Assembly (NCBI RefSeq): GCF_006345805.1
Contig: NC_042999.1
Coordinates: 140,120,001 to 140,184,000 of the forward strand
Source of the DNA: Octopus sinensis
Taxonomy: Eukaryota
Direction: 5' to 3'
DNA: 64,000 nt
Of the stretch, positions 12,446 to 23,802 are shown one piece after another. Both the position numbers and the translations under genes were made by a program. How positions within the stretch are numbered: position 1 is the stretch's first letter; each line of letters opens with the position of its first letter. The notes beneath the pieces are model-generated. The model worked only from the letters and a program-made list of their open reading frames with translations. It did not search any database and had not been told where the DNA came from.

Positions 12446-13673
12446 TATCTTTAAGATTGTTGTTTGTGATTCAGCTGCTAGTTCTAGCGGATCTAATTTA
12501 CTACAAAGTGGTTACTATGCTGGCTCATGCCTTTGCTGAATTTAGTTGCAGCTGCAGCTCAAATAAGTGTCAGTTTACCAAAGTTTTGTCGCATGCATTG
12601 TGTCCATGAACACCACTTAGCAGGTCATTCTTGCCGACCTACTTCATTTGGCTGTATTTTTGGGTAGTTACAGTTCACTGCTGCAGGACCAGCAGAACTG
12701 AAGGAAGTGTTTTAAAAATCTCCATAAAGAATTACAATTCATCTAGCTGACTTGCTGTTAGATTTACTACACTTTTGATATGGTGTTCTACATTGCAACG
12801 GAAGGTGCTTGTCTTCTCTTCCATTACGTTACAGTTCCCATGTTTATTATGATACAAAAAGAGAAAGAAAGAGGGGTGGTTATCAGTTTTAAATTCATTC
12901 AGTTCCTACTCAACTAGTTGGAAATATAATTTAATAATTGTTGAGCTTTCGTTATTCTGTAATGGAGATGTGCCACCCGTAAACAATAACTTCTAATGCG
13001 ATCTGCAGAATTTATTAAAATTAGAGAGGCTAAATTAGACTAGGAGATGTTGACACAAACCGGAACCCAATACATTAATTTGATTCTTTTCATTAAAATT
13101 CCATTCACATCTATGGCACACAAAAGGAAGTGCTTTACTTTATTGACACCATAAGAATGAAAAGCTGAACTGACAGCAGCGAAATTTGAACTTAGAACAT
13201 AAGAGGCCATCACTTACGCAAGGCATTTTGTTTTGACACTCTAACCACTTGTTTCCAAGCTATATTCCATATGGCAAACAAATGAAACTTTCAATATATT
13301 GCTTATTACAGTGAACTGCACTTCTGTTTGACATTTTAGGAAAGTTTTTGTCAGACAATGAGTAGTAGACTCGAATAGCAAAAGACAAGAATCCAAATTA
13401 AATTTGTCCTGATTTTAAAAAAACAAAAAAACTCTTCTACTGTAACACCAGGCTAACCAAAGCCTTGAGTGGATTAAGTCGTCAGAGACTGAAACAAAGT
13501 GTGCATGTACATTTGTGCTTCTCCAAAAATCACTGAGCTACAACTGCTGATGAAAAACAGGAAAGGCATCTGGTTGTAAAACAATGTCTCTAATTAATAT
13601 ATATATATATATGAGAGAGACGAAAATATATATATATATACTTTATTTAAAGCAGCGGAAAATTCAACAAAAC

Positions 13674-13711
13674 CTGTTACTCTGAGTTTCACGTTCCCGT
13701 TCGTCGGACAG
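13674..13711 (-). ncRNA. Minimal type I hammerhead ribozyme fold (U4C core variant)
   Basis: Minus strand reads CTGT-CCGACGA-ACG(GGAA)CGT-GAA-ACTC(A)GAGT-A^-ACAG. Stems I, II and III all pair, with a GUA cleavage triplet. Confidence 0.7.
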
Positions 13712-13760
13712 TTTTAGATCCGATATGTCAATTGGCATATCGGATCTATTTTAGCAAAAA

Positions 13761-13798
13761 CTGTCCGACGAATGGGAACGTGAAACTCAGAGTAACAG
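13761..13798 (+). ncRNA. Minimal type I hammerhead ribozyme fold (U4C core variant)
   Basis: Plus strand reads CTGT-CCGACGA-ATG(GGAA)CGT-GAA-ACTC(A)GAGT-A^-ACAG. Stem II has one U-G wobble. Predicted cleavage is after 13794. Confidence 0.7.
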
Positions 13799-15519
13799 GT
13801 TTTGTTGAATTTTCCGCTGCTTTAAATAAAGCATATTACTCTACCACTGGTATTTGAGTACTCTTTTTCCCACCTTGTTTCACATTTATGTGTTTACTCC
13901 GGTGTATGTGTGTGTGTATATATATATATATATATGAGAGAGACAAATATATATATATATATATATTCGTCTAACTCATGCTGGCTTGGGAAAATGACTG
14001 TAAAACAATGAATATAGATATTGGAGTCTGCTTGAATTTCACTAGAAGGAGCTGCTGTTTTGTTTAGCCTTAAGTCAGCTTTTTTTGAGCAGGCTTAACA
14101 TCACTACCTTGTCTTTCCTTTACTTTTCCAGACACCCTAGGGTTACTTTGTCTAATGTGCCCATTCTTTTCTATGACAATGAGGTATGATTTGAGAGATT
14201 TAGCCACTATTTTTAGCTAGTTGAGCAACCATGTAGAAATTTGCAGTGGTGTTAAATCACATTAGCAGCATGCAAAGGTCAGGAATAGTAGATTAGAAGC
14301 AATAGGTCAAGCCACCTGAATTTTCCTTCTTGCTTTAACAACATGCTAAATGTTACAGACCACTCTATAGAAGTCTGTATAAAAAATTTAAATGGCATGC
14401 ATTGATTTTTTCTTTTTTTTTTTTTTTTTTTTTTAGTTGAGCTATCATTAATCAAGAAATATTCTGTTCTAACTCTTTTAATTGTAGATCTGTAATGTGT
14501 GTCTTAGTATGCACATCGAGATTATTGTGTATATAATTTACCAAATTTCACAAGGTGATCCGATTCAACCCAATATAATTAATGGAGGCGAAAAAAACAA
14601 AAGCAAATTTCCATGTCCTGTTGAGAATAAATGGGGATGGAGCCAGATGTACAGAAACTGAGTATTATAATGGAGTTGTTATGGGTTAGTGAGAGGGGAC
14701 AGAAATGTTCATTTGTTATGTCACTTTTTCTTTCTGTCTTTCATTTCATACATAGTCACATGCTTATACATTTGTGTGTATATCATGTGTAGTGTGATGG
14801 AAGAAAAGGACAACAGAAAAAGAAGCAAATGGGAAAAAGAAATACAAAAGGCCTTCCCTGTTGACCTCAGCGGAATGAATCGGTCACTCATGAAATAAAT
14901 ATGTCTTGTCTTACTGCCGTCTCTGCTCGAAATGACCACACGTGTCTCATGCCCTCTGCCTGTCTCACCGGCCCCTGCAAGCCTTACTTCGTCCACCTCA
15001 TCTGCAATCCCCTCCACCAACACCACATAGCTCCATCACAGCCCATAACACCACATGATGATACATACATACTCACATATATGTGCATATCTGTGAATTG
15101 TGTGCATCTTGCAAGTCACTTGGCAACCTTACTAATGCTGGTAGCACAAAAAATGCACCCAGTACACCAATACCAACAAAGAAGCACCCAGTAGACTGTG
15201 AAGTGGTTGGTGTTAGGAAGGGTATCCAGCCATGGAAATCATGCCAAAGCTGACGTAAAGCACAATACAGCCCTGCAGCTCATTGAATCCTACTAAACTC
15301 CAACCCATGCCACTATGGAAAATGGTCATTAATTGATGTTGATGATATATCATCATCATTTAACATTCACTTTTCCATTGTTGCGGTAGTCAGACAGAAT
15401 TTGTTGAAGCCCTTTCAGTCACCAACCCTCACCAATGTAAAATATGCAGTTCTGCTCTCATTTAATTATAGGAGCAAAATATTGCAGTTAGACAGATGAC
15501 AAGAGTTAATGATAGAGAG

Positions 15520-16230
15520 ATAGATGAGTCTTCTTGAGTACTGCATGTGGCCAGTCAAACCAGTCTTTTGTCATCTCTTCTATAAGATTCAAAATTCTGA
15601 GGTCAGCCTTCAGCACATCGTTCCACTTCTTTCTGGGTCTCTCTCTTTCACAATTTCCATCCACATTTAGCAATTAGTACTTTCTATCCATATGCATCAC
15701 ATGAGCATATTAACACAGTCTTCTTTCTTGCACTCTACACTCAATGCCTTTTATGTCCCATTTTTCACTCAATACATTTGCACTTTATTGTACATACACA
15801 CTGATGTTTAACATCCAATGAAGCATGCTAGCTTCATTTCTTTCTAGTCTTTGCATTTACCCTGCATTTATGGCTCATGTTTCACTACCATGTGGCATTG
15901 TTATTTGTACACAAGTATCATAGAATCTGCCTTACTCTCTGAGAGGGAGAGGTCACTTTTTTTATCCACAAAGGTAATAGCTCTGAACTTCTCGAGCCAG
16001 TTCTTAGTCTTGCAATTTAGACTTTCAGAACATCTTCTTCTGTTAATTAGGTCACCTAGGTAACAGAGACCGTCTATTACCTCTAAGGTTTCTCCTAGGC
16101 ATTCAATGAAATCAGTTTTCTATGTAACACAGTCTGTTTCCTCTGTTAACCTTCCTATGATTCCATTGTGCTTCCTGTGTGTCCAAAGTTTGCAATGGGT
16201 ACTTTATAGATTTTCTACCTATGAGGTGAT
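15520..16230 (-). mobile_element. Decayed RTE-clade LINE 3' fragment
   Basis: Reverse-complement similarity to the 3' part of the RTE copy at 18600-19300 (FCYLGDL, HGSET and W...V..DLR-like segments). Confidence 0.7.
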
Positions 16231-16599
16231 ATCAAAAAATTCCCAGACTAGTTCTGTAGCATGCCAACAGATGGCAGCACACAGTTGCAGGCACATTGAG
16301 AGCCTTTGAACACTAGATTATTGCTGTAGCTGATCCTGAATTTAGATATATTTATATTTATACATTTCTGTGTATCAAATAATGAGGATAGAAATTGATA
16401 TCAATCAATCAACATCAATTTAAACAAGTGGTCTAGCATATTCAAAAAAATCCGAAGATTTAAAAATCATATTACAATTAATAAAAGGAATGACCACTAA
16501 AGTGGATTCCTATATGCTAAAGATAGACATCAAATCGCCTTACCACGAAGAGTGTGTTCTCAAGAAAAAGATCTCAGCAAATGCCAGAATGTAAACAAC

Positions 16600-16663
16600 C
16601 TACGTATCATGATTTCATTATTAATACTTGCAAAGTGCAAATATCTGTAACTCTTCAGCGTAG
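16600..16663 (-). ncRNA. Type I hammerhead ribozyme fold with canonical CUGAAGA/GAAA core
   Basis: Minus strand reads CTACG-CTGAAGA-GTTA-cag-ATATTTGCA(ctt)TGCAAGTAT-taa-TAAT-GAA-ATCATGAT-A^-CGTAG. Stem I is a perfect 5 bp helix, extended by acaac/gttgt after a 3-nt bulge. Stem III is palindromic. AUA cleavage triplet. Confidence 0.8.
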
Positions 16664-16795
16664 CCTGTTGTATTTCAAAACCTATTTCACAGAACTATAC
16701 ACAGAAACGTTCACCTGAAAGAAAACTTATGTACAGTTCTGTAAATTATATTTGTGATATTTTTCAAATGTCTTCATTTGTATGTATGTATATGC

Positions 16796-17110
16796 ATCAT
16801 CATCATTTAACATCCGTTGTCTATACTGGCATGGGTTGGACGGTTTCACCAGGGCTGGTAAGCTGGAAGGCTGCACCAGACTCCAGTCTGATTTGGCATG
16901 GTTTTCTATGGCTGGATGCTGACATCTCTGAGTGTGTGATGGGTTCTTTTACATGCCACTTGCACAGATGCCATTTGTGTGGCACCGGTATCTGCCACAA
17001 CTGCGATTTTGCTGGCTTGATGGGTCTTCTTCTCAAGCATGACATAATGCCAAAGGTCTTGGTCATTGCCTCTGTGAGCCCAACACTCGAAAGGAACTCA
17101 GCCACTTTGC
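16796..17110 (+). mobile_element. (CAT)n-headed SINE-like repeat family
   Basis: catcatcatcatttaacatcc..catgggttggacgg motif. Copies at about 4630-4710, 15180-15420, 20010-20186, 26130-26260, 36370-36630, 44627-44900, 48205-48600, 53865-54440, 57538-57730, 59665-59750 and 60560-60700. Confidence 0.75.
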
Positions 17111-17224
17111 CTCCGAGGCCCAGTTTATATATATTTGTATGTATGTATGTATATATATATATATATATATATTTGTATATGTATAGTATTTATATTTGTT
17201 GCAACACTAACTTCAAAAAACCAA

Positions 17225-19320
17225 CCAGCCACCTAATCACTTATCAGTCTGGTGAGCACATAAGCCAGATTGACTACCTCCCCACCAAGCAATGAGATAG
17301 GTGGGTGCTTAAAAATGAAGTCTTTCCCAGGTGAAGAGTGTATAACCCAACATAGGTTACTAGTTAGTGACTTCAGAATTAGAGCTAGAAAGACTTGGAG
17401 AAATAAACCAATCTGGAAAAAACTATGGAATCTCAAAGGCCCAGCAAAGAGACAATTTAGAGACTCATGGAAGCTTCTGACAAAAGAGGAAGAGTTAGGG
17501 TCATATAGCTTAGAGGACAATTGGAAGTTCCTGCAGGAGAATCTACTGAGGGCTATGGACAAAATCTGCAGTTGGTGCAGAGTCCCAGCTAGACCAAGGG
17601 TGACATGATGGGGAGCAAGGAGGTTGACAGTGCTATAAAAGCAAAAGACAGGCCTGGAAAAACAGTGGAAACAGAGAATTATATCAGGTAGCCAAATGGG
17701 CAGGTAGGCATCAGGTATACACAGCAAAAGAAGTAGCTGAAACAGCATAATAGATAAGACAGGAAAAGCCCCTGGGCCATCAGGAATCAGTGCCAAGATG
17801 ATTAAATTTTCGGTGGTATAGGAGATAGCTTAGTCACCCATATAGTTAAACAGGTTATTCAGGAAAGCACCATTCCCAATGACTGGTGTAGTAGTATTAT
17901 AGTTAGCTACTACAAGGGTAAAGGTGATGCCTTAGAGAGAAACACCTACAGAGGCATTACATTACTAGACCGTCATGAAAGTTACTGAGAGGATTATAGC
18001 TCAGTTGATTAGAAATAGAATTAAACTAGTTGAGATGCAGTTTTGTTTTCTACTTTGGAAGAGTACCATAGATGCCATCTTCCAAGTGAGACAGCTGCAG
18101 GAGAAGTACTTGGCCAAAAGTAAGCCTTTGCACTTAGCCTTCATCAACTTGTAGAAAGCTTTTGACAGAGTTCCCTGCTCTGTTATTTGGTGGTCTCTAA
18201 GGAGGTTAGGAGTGGAGGAGTGGCTTGTTAGAGCTGTACAAGCCATATACGGTGGTGCTGTCAGTCAGGTGAGTGTTGGCCATGAATACAGTGATGAATT
18301 TAGCATACAGGTAGGAGTTCACCAGAGCTCAGTTCTCAGTCCACTCTTATTCATTATAGTCCTCCAGGTCATAACAGAGGAATTCTAAACTGGGTGCCTG
18401 TGGGAACTGCTATATGCTGATGACCTTGCTCTTATTGCAGGTGCTTTAGCAGAATTGGAGAAGAAATTCCAGGCATCGAAACAAAATCTGGAATCAAAGG
18501 GCCTTAAAGTTAACCTAGCTAAGATCAAAGTTATTGTTAATAAGAAAGAAGATAAAACAGGTAAATGGCCCTGCTCAATGTGTAGGAAAGGAGTTGGAAG
18601 AAATTCCATTTGCTGCACCCAGTGTAAACTATGAACACATAAAAGGTGCAGAGGAATCACAGGTAGATTAACAGATAGTCTTTGTATGTGGCAGAGGTGC
18701 AGGAACAATAAGCACTAAGAACACAAGACTTAGATTCTCTCAAATGCCCAGGAGGCCCTCTTGAGGTTGTAGATAGTTTCTGTTACCTAGGTGACCAAAT
18801 TAACAATGGTGGAGGATGCTCTGAAAGTATTGTTTCTAGAATAAGTACTGGGTTGAGGAAATTCAGAGAGCTATCACCTATGTTGGCAACAAAAGAACTC
18901 TAGATTATATGGTGCTTGTGAGTAACAGCTATACTTCATGGTAGTGAGACATGGGCTCTGAATGCAGAAGACATGCATAGACTGGAGAGAAATGAAGGTA
19001 GTATGCCCTGTTGGATGTGCAACATCAGTGCACATGTACAGATAAGTGCAAATGTATTAAAAAGTTGGGCATAAGAGGAATCAAATGTAGCACGCAAGAG
19101 AGATTGCGTTGGATTGGACATGTGATGCATATGAATGAGAATAGCTGCATAAAGAAGTGCTGATCATTGAAATTGGGTGGTATTCATGGAAGAAGGAGAC
19201 TCAGGAAAATGTGGGTTGAAGTGGTAAGGACTGATCTCACAATGTAGGGCCACATGGAGGAAATGACAATGTACGGAGATGTTGGGCAATATGAAGTTAT
19301 TAAGACATGCCCACATCAGT
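17225..19320 (+). mobile_element. RTE-clade LINE, 5'-truncated, with decayed APE and RT coding remnants
   Basis: APE end: HLITYQSGEHISQIDY and QHRLLVSDF. RT motifs: YKGKGDALERNTYRGITLL, RQLQEKYLAKSKPLHLAFINL*KAFDRVP, VGVHQSSVLSPLLFIIVL, LLYADDLALI. Many stops and frameshifts. Confidence 0.92.
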
Positions 19321-20194
19321 GAAACTGAGTTCTAGAAGTGCTGCCCCACACACACACTTAACAAGAGAATTTCTCATACTCTACATCTCTTCCTCACATT
19401 TCCCACTCCCCAATCCTGTGCCACTGGCTAGCCCCGCCCTGACTTGTGTGTCCCGTCCACACACCCTGCATCACTGTATTATTGCTATCTGCTAGCCGCT
19501 GGCTTGTGTGTTCCACCCATGTGTAACAAGAAAACTTCATTCACCCTACCCCAACAAACCAATCTACATCTCTTCCTCATATTTCCTCTTTCATACACTA
19601 TGCCTACCTCTCACTCCCCAATCCTGTCCTCATGGCCCCATTCCTTTATCAATACTATCCTCTGTCATTACACACACACCCCGACTCTATCCCCAAGTTT
19701 TAACTACTCGCTCTTCCACACTCTTTAATCACACTTCCTTCAAAATATCCTGCCACTTATGGCGTCTGAAACTCAAGGGTATGCCCTGGTACTTGCCACC
19801 ATCTATGTCTTCGTATACTCAACCATCCTAATTATATTCTGATCTGCAACCTTTGTGAGTTGGTATGGCATTTTGCCATCATATCCATCTTGCTGTCTTC
19901 CACTCTCTCTCTCTCTCTCTTTCTCCTGCACTTCCCTCAGGTTAGGTAAGCATGTATTTCCTTTGTGGTAGCACACCTGTTTCTGTCGTCCTGATCTCTC
20001 TCTCTCTCTCCAGTGGCACATAAAAGCACCCACTACACTCTCGGAGTGGTTGGCGTTAGGAAGGGCATCAAGCTGTAGAAACTGCCAGATCAAGACTGGA
20101 GCTTGGTGCAGCCATCTGGTTCGCCAGCCCACAGTCAAACCGTCCAACCCATGCTAGCATGGAAAGCGGACGTTAAATGATGATGATATATATA

Positions 20195-20550
20195 TATGTA
20201 ATATTTGTGTATGTATGTATATGTAATATTTGTGTATGTATGCATATGTAATATTTGTGTATGTATGTATATGTAATATTTGTGTATGTATGTATATGTA
20301 ATATTTGTGTATGTATGTATATGTAATATTTGTGTATGTATGTATATGTAATATTTGTGTATGTATGTATATGTAATATTTGTGTATGTATGTATATGTA
20401 ATATTTGTGTATGTATGTATATGTAATATTTGTGTATGTATGTATATGTAATATTTATGTATGTATATATATATGTAATATTAGTGTTTGTGTATGTACG
20501 TAGATGTAATATTAGTGTTTGTGTATGTACGTAGATGTAATATTAGTGTT
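20195..20550. repeat. 25-bp minisatellite (atgtaatatttgtgtatgtatgtat)n, about 11 copies plus degenerate units, grading into TA/TG microsatellites to about 20850
   Basis: Units recur at 20221, 20246, 20271 and onward with a period of 25. Confidence 0.95.
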
Positions 20551-20641
20551 TGTGTGTGTATATATATAACGTATTATTAGTGTCTGTGTGTATGTATGTA
20601 AAAATATATATCCGTATATATATATATAATATACATATTAG

Positions 20642-20688
<47 letters not shown>

Positions 20689-20949
20689 TTGTGTAGATAC
20701 AATATTTTATATATACATTGTGTGTACGTGTGGTTTTGTGTGTGTGTGTGTATATACGTATGTAATGTACACAGACATACGTGAATGTGGATATATACCT
20801 ATGTGTGTGTGTATACACACACACACACACACACATATATAATCGTATATGTATAACCACATTGAATATGTATGTTTATTTTTTACAAAGTCATGTTTTT
20901 CCCCACCCTTTCTTTCGTTTTTAGTTGTTATTCAGACAGCACTCATTAA

Positions 20950-21300
20950 ATATTGGATATATACGGAAATGAAATTAACCGCAAGTAGTTTGTTTACAAA
21001 CGTTCGCGTACACACATACATGACGTGACATACACACATCTGCTGTACGTGTCTATATTTGTGCGTCTTTGTTGATGTTTTCTTTAACCTGTTGATACTG
21101 GGTTTATTCACCACAGTCTAGAGCCGGAAATCTATATATGGAAAATAGAGGATCGTGAATATGTGTAAAATGCCGGGGAATCCGGCCAGATATTGGCTGT
21201 CGTATATCCGCCTTTATTGTTCCGAGAACGTCTTGTTGATGTAAACAAGAGCCGATATTTGTAACGATTCCTTTGATAAGTGAGTAGTGTGTGTTGTAGA
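20950..21300 (+). promoter_or_regulatory. Probable promoter / first non-coding exon of the PRR5-like gene
   Basis: Repeat-free, CpG-retaining island just before a long CpG-poor block. ETS-like CCGGAA near 21124. Strong donor-like gataa|gtgagt at 21280. Confidence 0.45.
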
Positions 21301-21812
21301 TAACATGACCAACAACTGCAGGCTATTCTCTCCTTTTCTTTCTCCGTCTTACTATTCATTACATTTACTACGCTGTTGATCGGATTATCATTTGTTTTTC
21401 AACATTATATTTGGAATCTATTTATTAATGTCGATCTTTCAGGACGTGGGACATTGTTTTCTGCATGGTCACTCACACACGCAATACGTTGCATGTCCCA
21501 TGACGAGTGACCTTTTAGTTAAAAAGACTGTTTGTTTTTTATTTTCATTAATCGGGGGAAACGAAAAGAAAATTTATTAATACTGATGTGTATCATGATT
21601 TTTATCGAGAATACAATGGATGGAAATGTTTGTAGTTACTGAACCAAGGTATCGTTGTTCGACCAATAATGGAAGAATCGATCTCGTGATAAAAGAATTG
21701 TAAATTTCTTGGACTGTGCAGGAGTAAACTGTATCAGTCACAAAAATCCACGGGATTCTCAAATAGCAGATGTGGTAATGCTAATAATAAGCTGGTATTC
21801 AAATGAGTTAAA

Positions 21813-21955
21813 ATGAATTGCCTGGACAGCACTGGTACCTTACACAACAGTAGCCCTCTCATAGACCCCGACTTATTTTATCGCTACATTGATCTCATGA
21901 CAAACCATTTAGGTTCTAAAATTTCCAGAAAACGAAAGTCCCTTGGCAGGATAAG
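21813..21955 (+). CDS. Candidate first coding exon of the PRR5-like gene (MNCLDSTG...MTNHLGSKISRKRKSLGRIR)
   Basis: ATG at 21813 (alternative ATG near 21897). Donor ag|gtttgt at 21956 in phase 2, compatible with exon 34791. Basic RKRKS patch resembles the basic N-terminus of PRR5 proteins. An intervening exon may have been missed. Confidence 0.4.
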
Positions 21956-22169
21956 GTTTGTTGATGTAAATTCTTCTTCGGCTATTTCTTGCTTTCTTTC
22001 TTTTGCTTTTTTGTTTGTTCGTTCTTTATATTTTTTTCTCATTTGGAAAAAGTTAGTGTGAAAATTATTGCAGTTTTTTTTTCAGCTTGAGTATGAAATG
22101 TCTGATCTGGGATCTTAGGCGCATTGCCCAGCTTTAGCGTCGTTCACACGTACAAATGTATGGACACGC

Positions 22170-22217
<48 letters not shown>

Positions 22218-23802
22218 ATGTAGATTTGTTGCTTTTAAATAATAAACATTATTCTGGTATGATTGAATAATATCTGCAGCACAAAAATTGCAGAAAAAGC
22301 AGACAGGACAACATAAATATTACTTTCTTTATAAGTAATGTATATTACTTTCTTTATTAGTAATACTAAGATTGACTAAATGTGGCTTGCATCATTATGA
22401 CTTGGATTGAAAACGAAAATAAAAAAGATGTTGATGCATCGTGAGATTTTTGTATTAGTGTGGTTTGCAAATGAAAGATAAGACTTGAAGTGTTTTACTC
22501 GTAATTGAGTTATTGCAGTAACCATGGTGAACACAATTTCAGTGGTGTACCTTATCGATAACCCTAGAAGTGCAGTCTGGTCTGGCTGAGAGTCATTAAG
22601 TACTCTTTAATGAAAAGTACTGGTTGTATAGGATGTAATGTGGAGCCAGCGTATGTTGTGTTTTTTTGTTTTTTTTCTGATAAATCTTTTCATGTGATAG
22701 AGGTTCTGACAGCTTCAGTGGAAATAAGGTACTTTCAGTCTCAATTTCTTTTGATATATTTTAGTTGCCAATATAAAAACATAACACAGAGTTTGGGAGA
22801 GAGAATAAGGTGAAAGTGATGGTGGCTGTAGAATGTTAGTAATGTGCTAATGTTTTTAACTATTTCTGGATTGAAGGACCTCTAGTTGCAGGAAGTGTGT
22901 TGGAGCTGATTGCAGCCAGTCATTTGAGCCAGTGAAGGAGAGTATGTGTAGTTACTTCAAGTACTCAACAAAACAGCTTAAGCTTTTCCCTGGTTTTTAA
23001 TCCATATTTTAAAGCTCCTAACAGATTACAATAAATAGTGGATGACTATATCTAGAATACTGATAGAAAATCCAGTATCAATCCAACATCCATACATCTT
23101 TATAAATAGTATTTTGAGAGTGTGAGCAAGTTGAACGTATGTTTTTATTTATACCATCAAGGGATGAATGTCTATGCAAATTGTTGCTATATTGTATTTG
23201 CCTTGTACAAATGCAAAATCTCTACATGAGTCCGTTTTCAATTTTGTAGTTCATGAACTTGATCTCTTGACCACCACGTGTCATGCAATATCTAATATAG
23301 CTAAAGTATGAATGTTTCAGTGTTAATTTAACCATCACCATCCCATTCAAAGCTTGACATTTTTAAAATCTGTTGTATGTTGGTGAAACATTATCTGAGT
23401 GGTGTGCTGGCAGAATTGTTAGCATAGCAGACAAAATTCTTAGATTGTAAAGAGCCACAAGAAATGCCATTGTCCAAATTTTGTTTGGGGTCACCTTTGT
23501 CTTTCACTCCAGGGTCAATAAACTAAACTAGTCAAGTGCTGGAGACAATATAATCAGCTTGCCTCCTCTCTTCAAAATTGCTGGCTTTGTGCCAAAATTA
23601 TAAACCACATGTTTACTTTTGTGCTTTTGCTGTCCAACAGCACAGATCAGTGTCTTGGACAATGTTTACTTTTGTTTTTTTGAGTTTTCCTACTGTAATA
23701 TGTGAGCAATATCTAGTTGCTTATTTACATATGTTGTGTGTATGTAATTCCTAATATTTTAGTTATGCATTTGTCTACATCTCTAAACTTTCCCAAGATA
23801 TC

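Larger units (their letters stand above)
13641..13905. mobile_element. Probable Penelope-like-element terminal remnant as an inverted pair, inserted in a (TA)n tract
   Basis: 75 bp arms at 13641-13715 and 13757-13831 differ by one mismatch and enclose an inner hairpin at 13716-13747. Each arm carries a minimal hammerhead. Flanked by a near-identical (TA)n-gagagagac-(TA)n block at about 13597-13640 and 13917-13966. Confidence 0.6.

Noticed and set aside
20195-20550. Regular 25-bp repeats resembling a CRISPR array
   Set aside because: The units are contiguous with no unique spacers, there are no cas genes, and the context is eukaryotic. It is a minisatellite.
22701-22728. 28-nt candidate PRR5 micro-exon (GSDSFSGNK)
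   Set aside because: The acceptor is weak and the length is not a multiple of three. No compensating exon was found before 34791.
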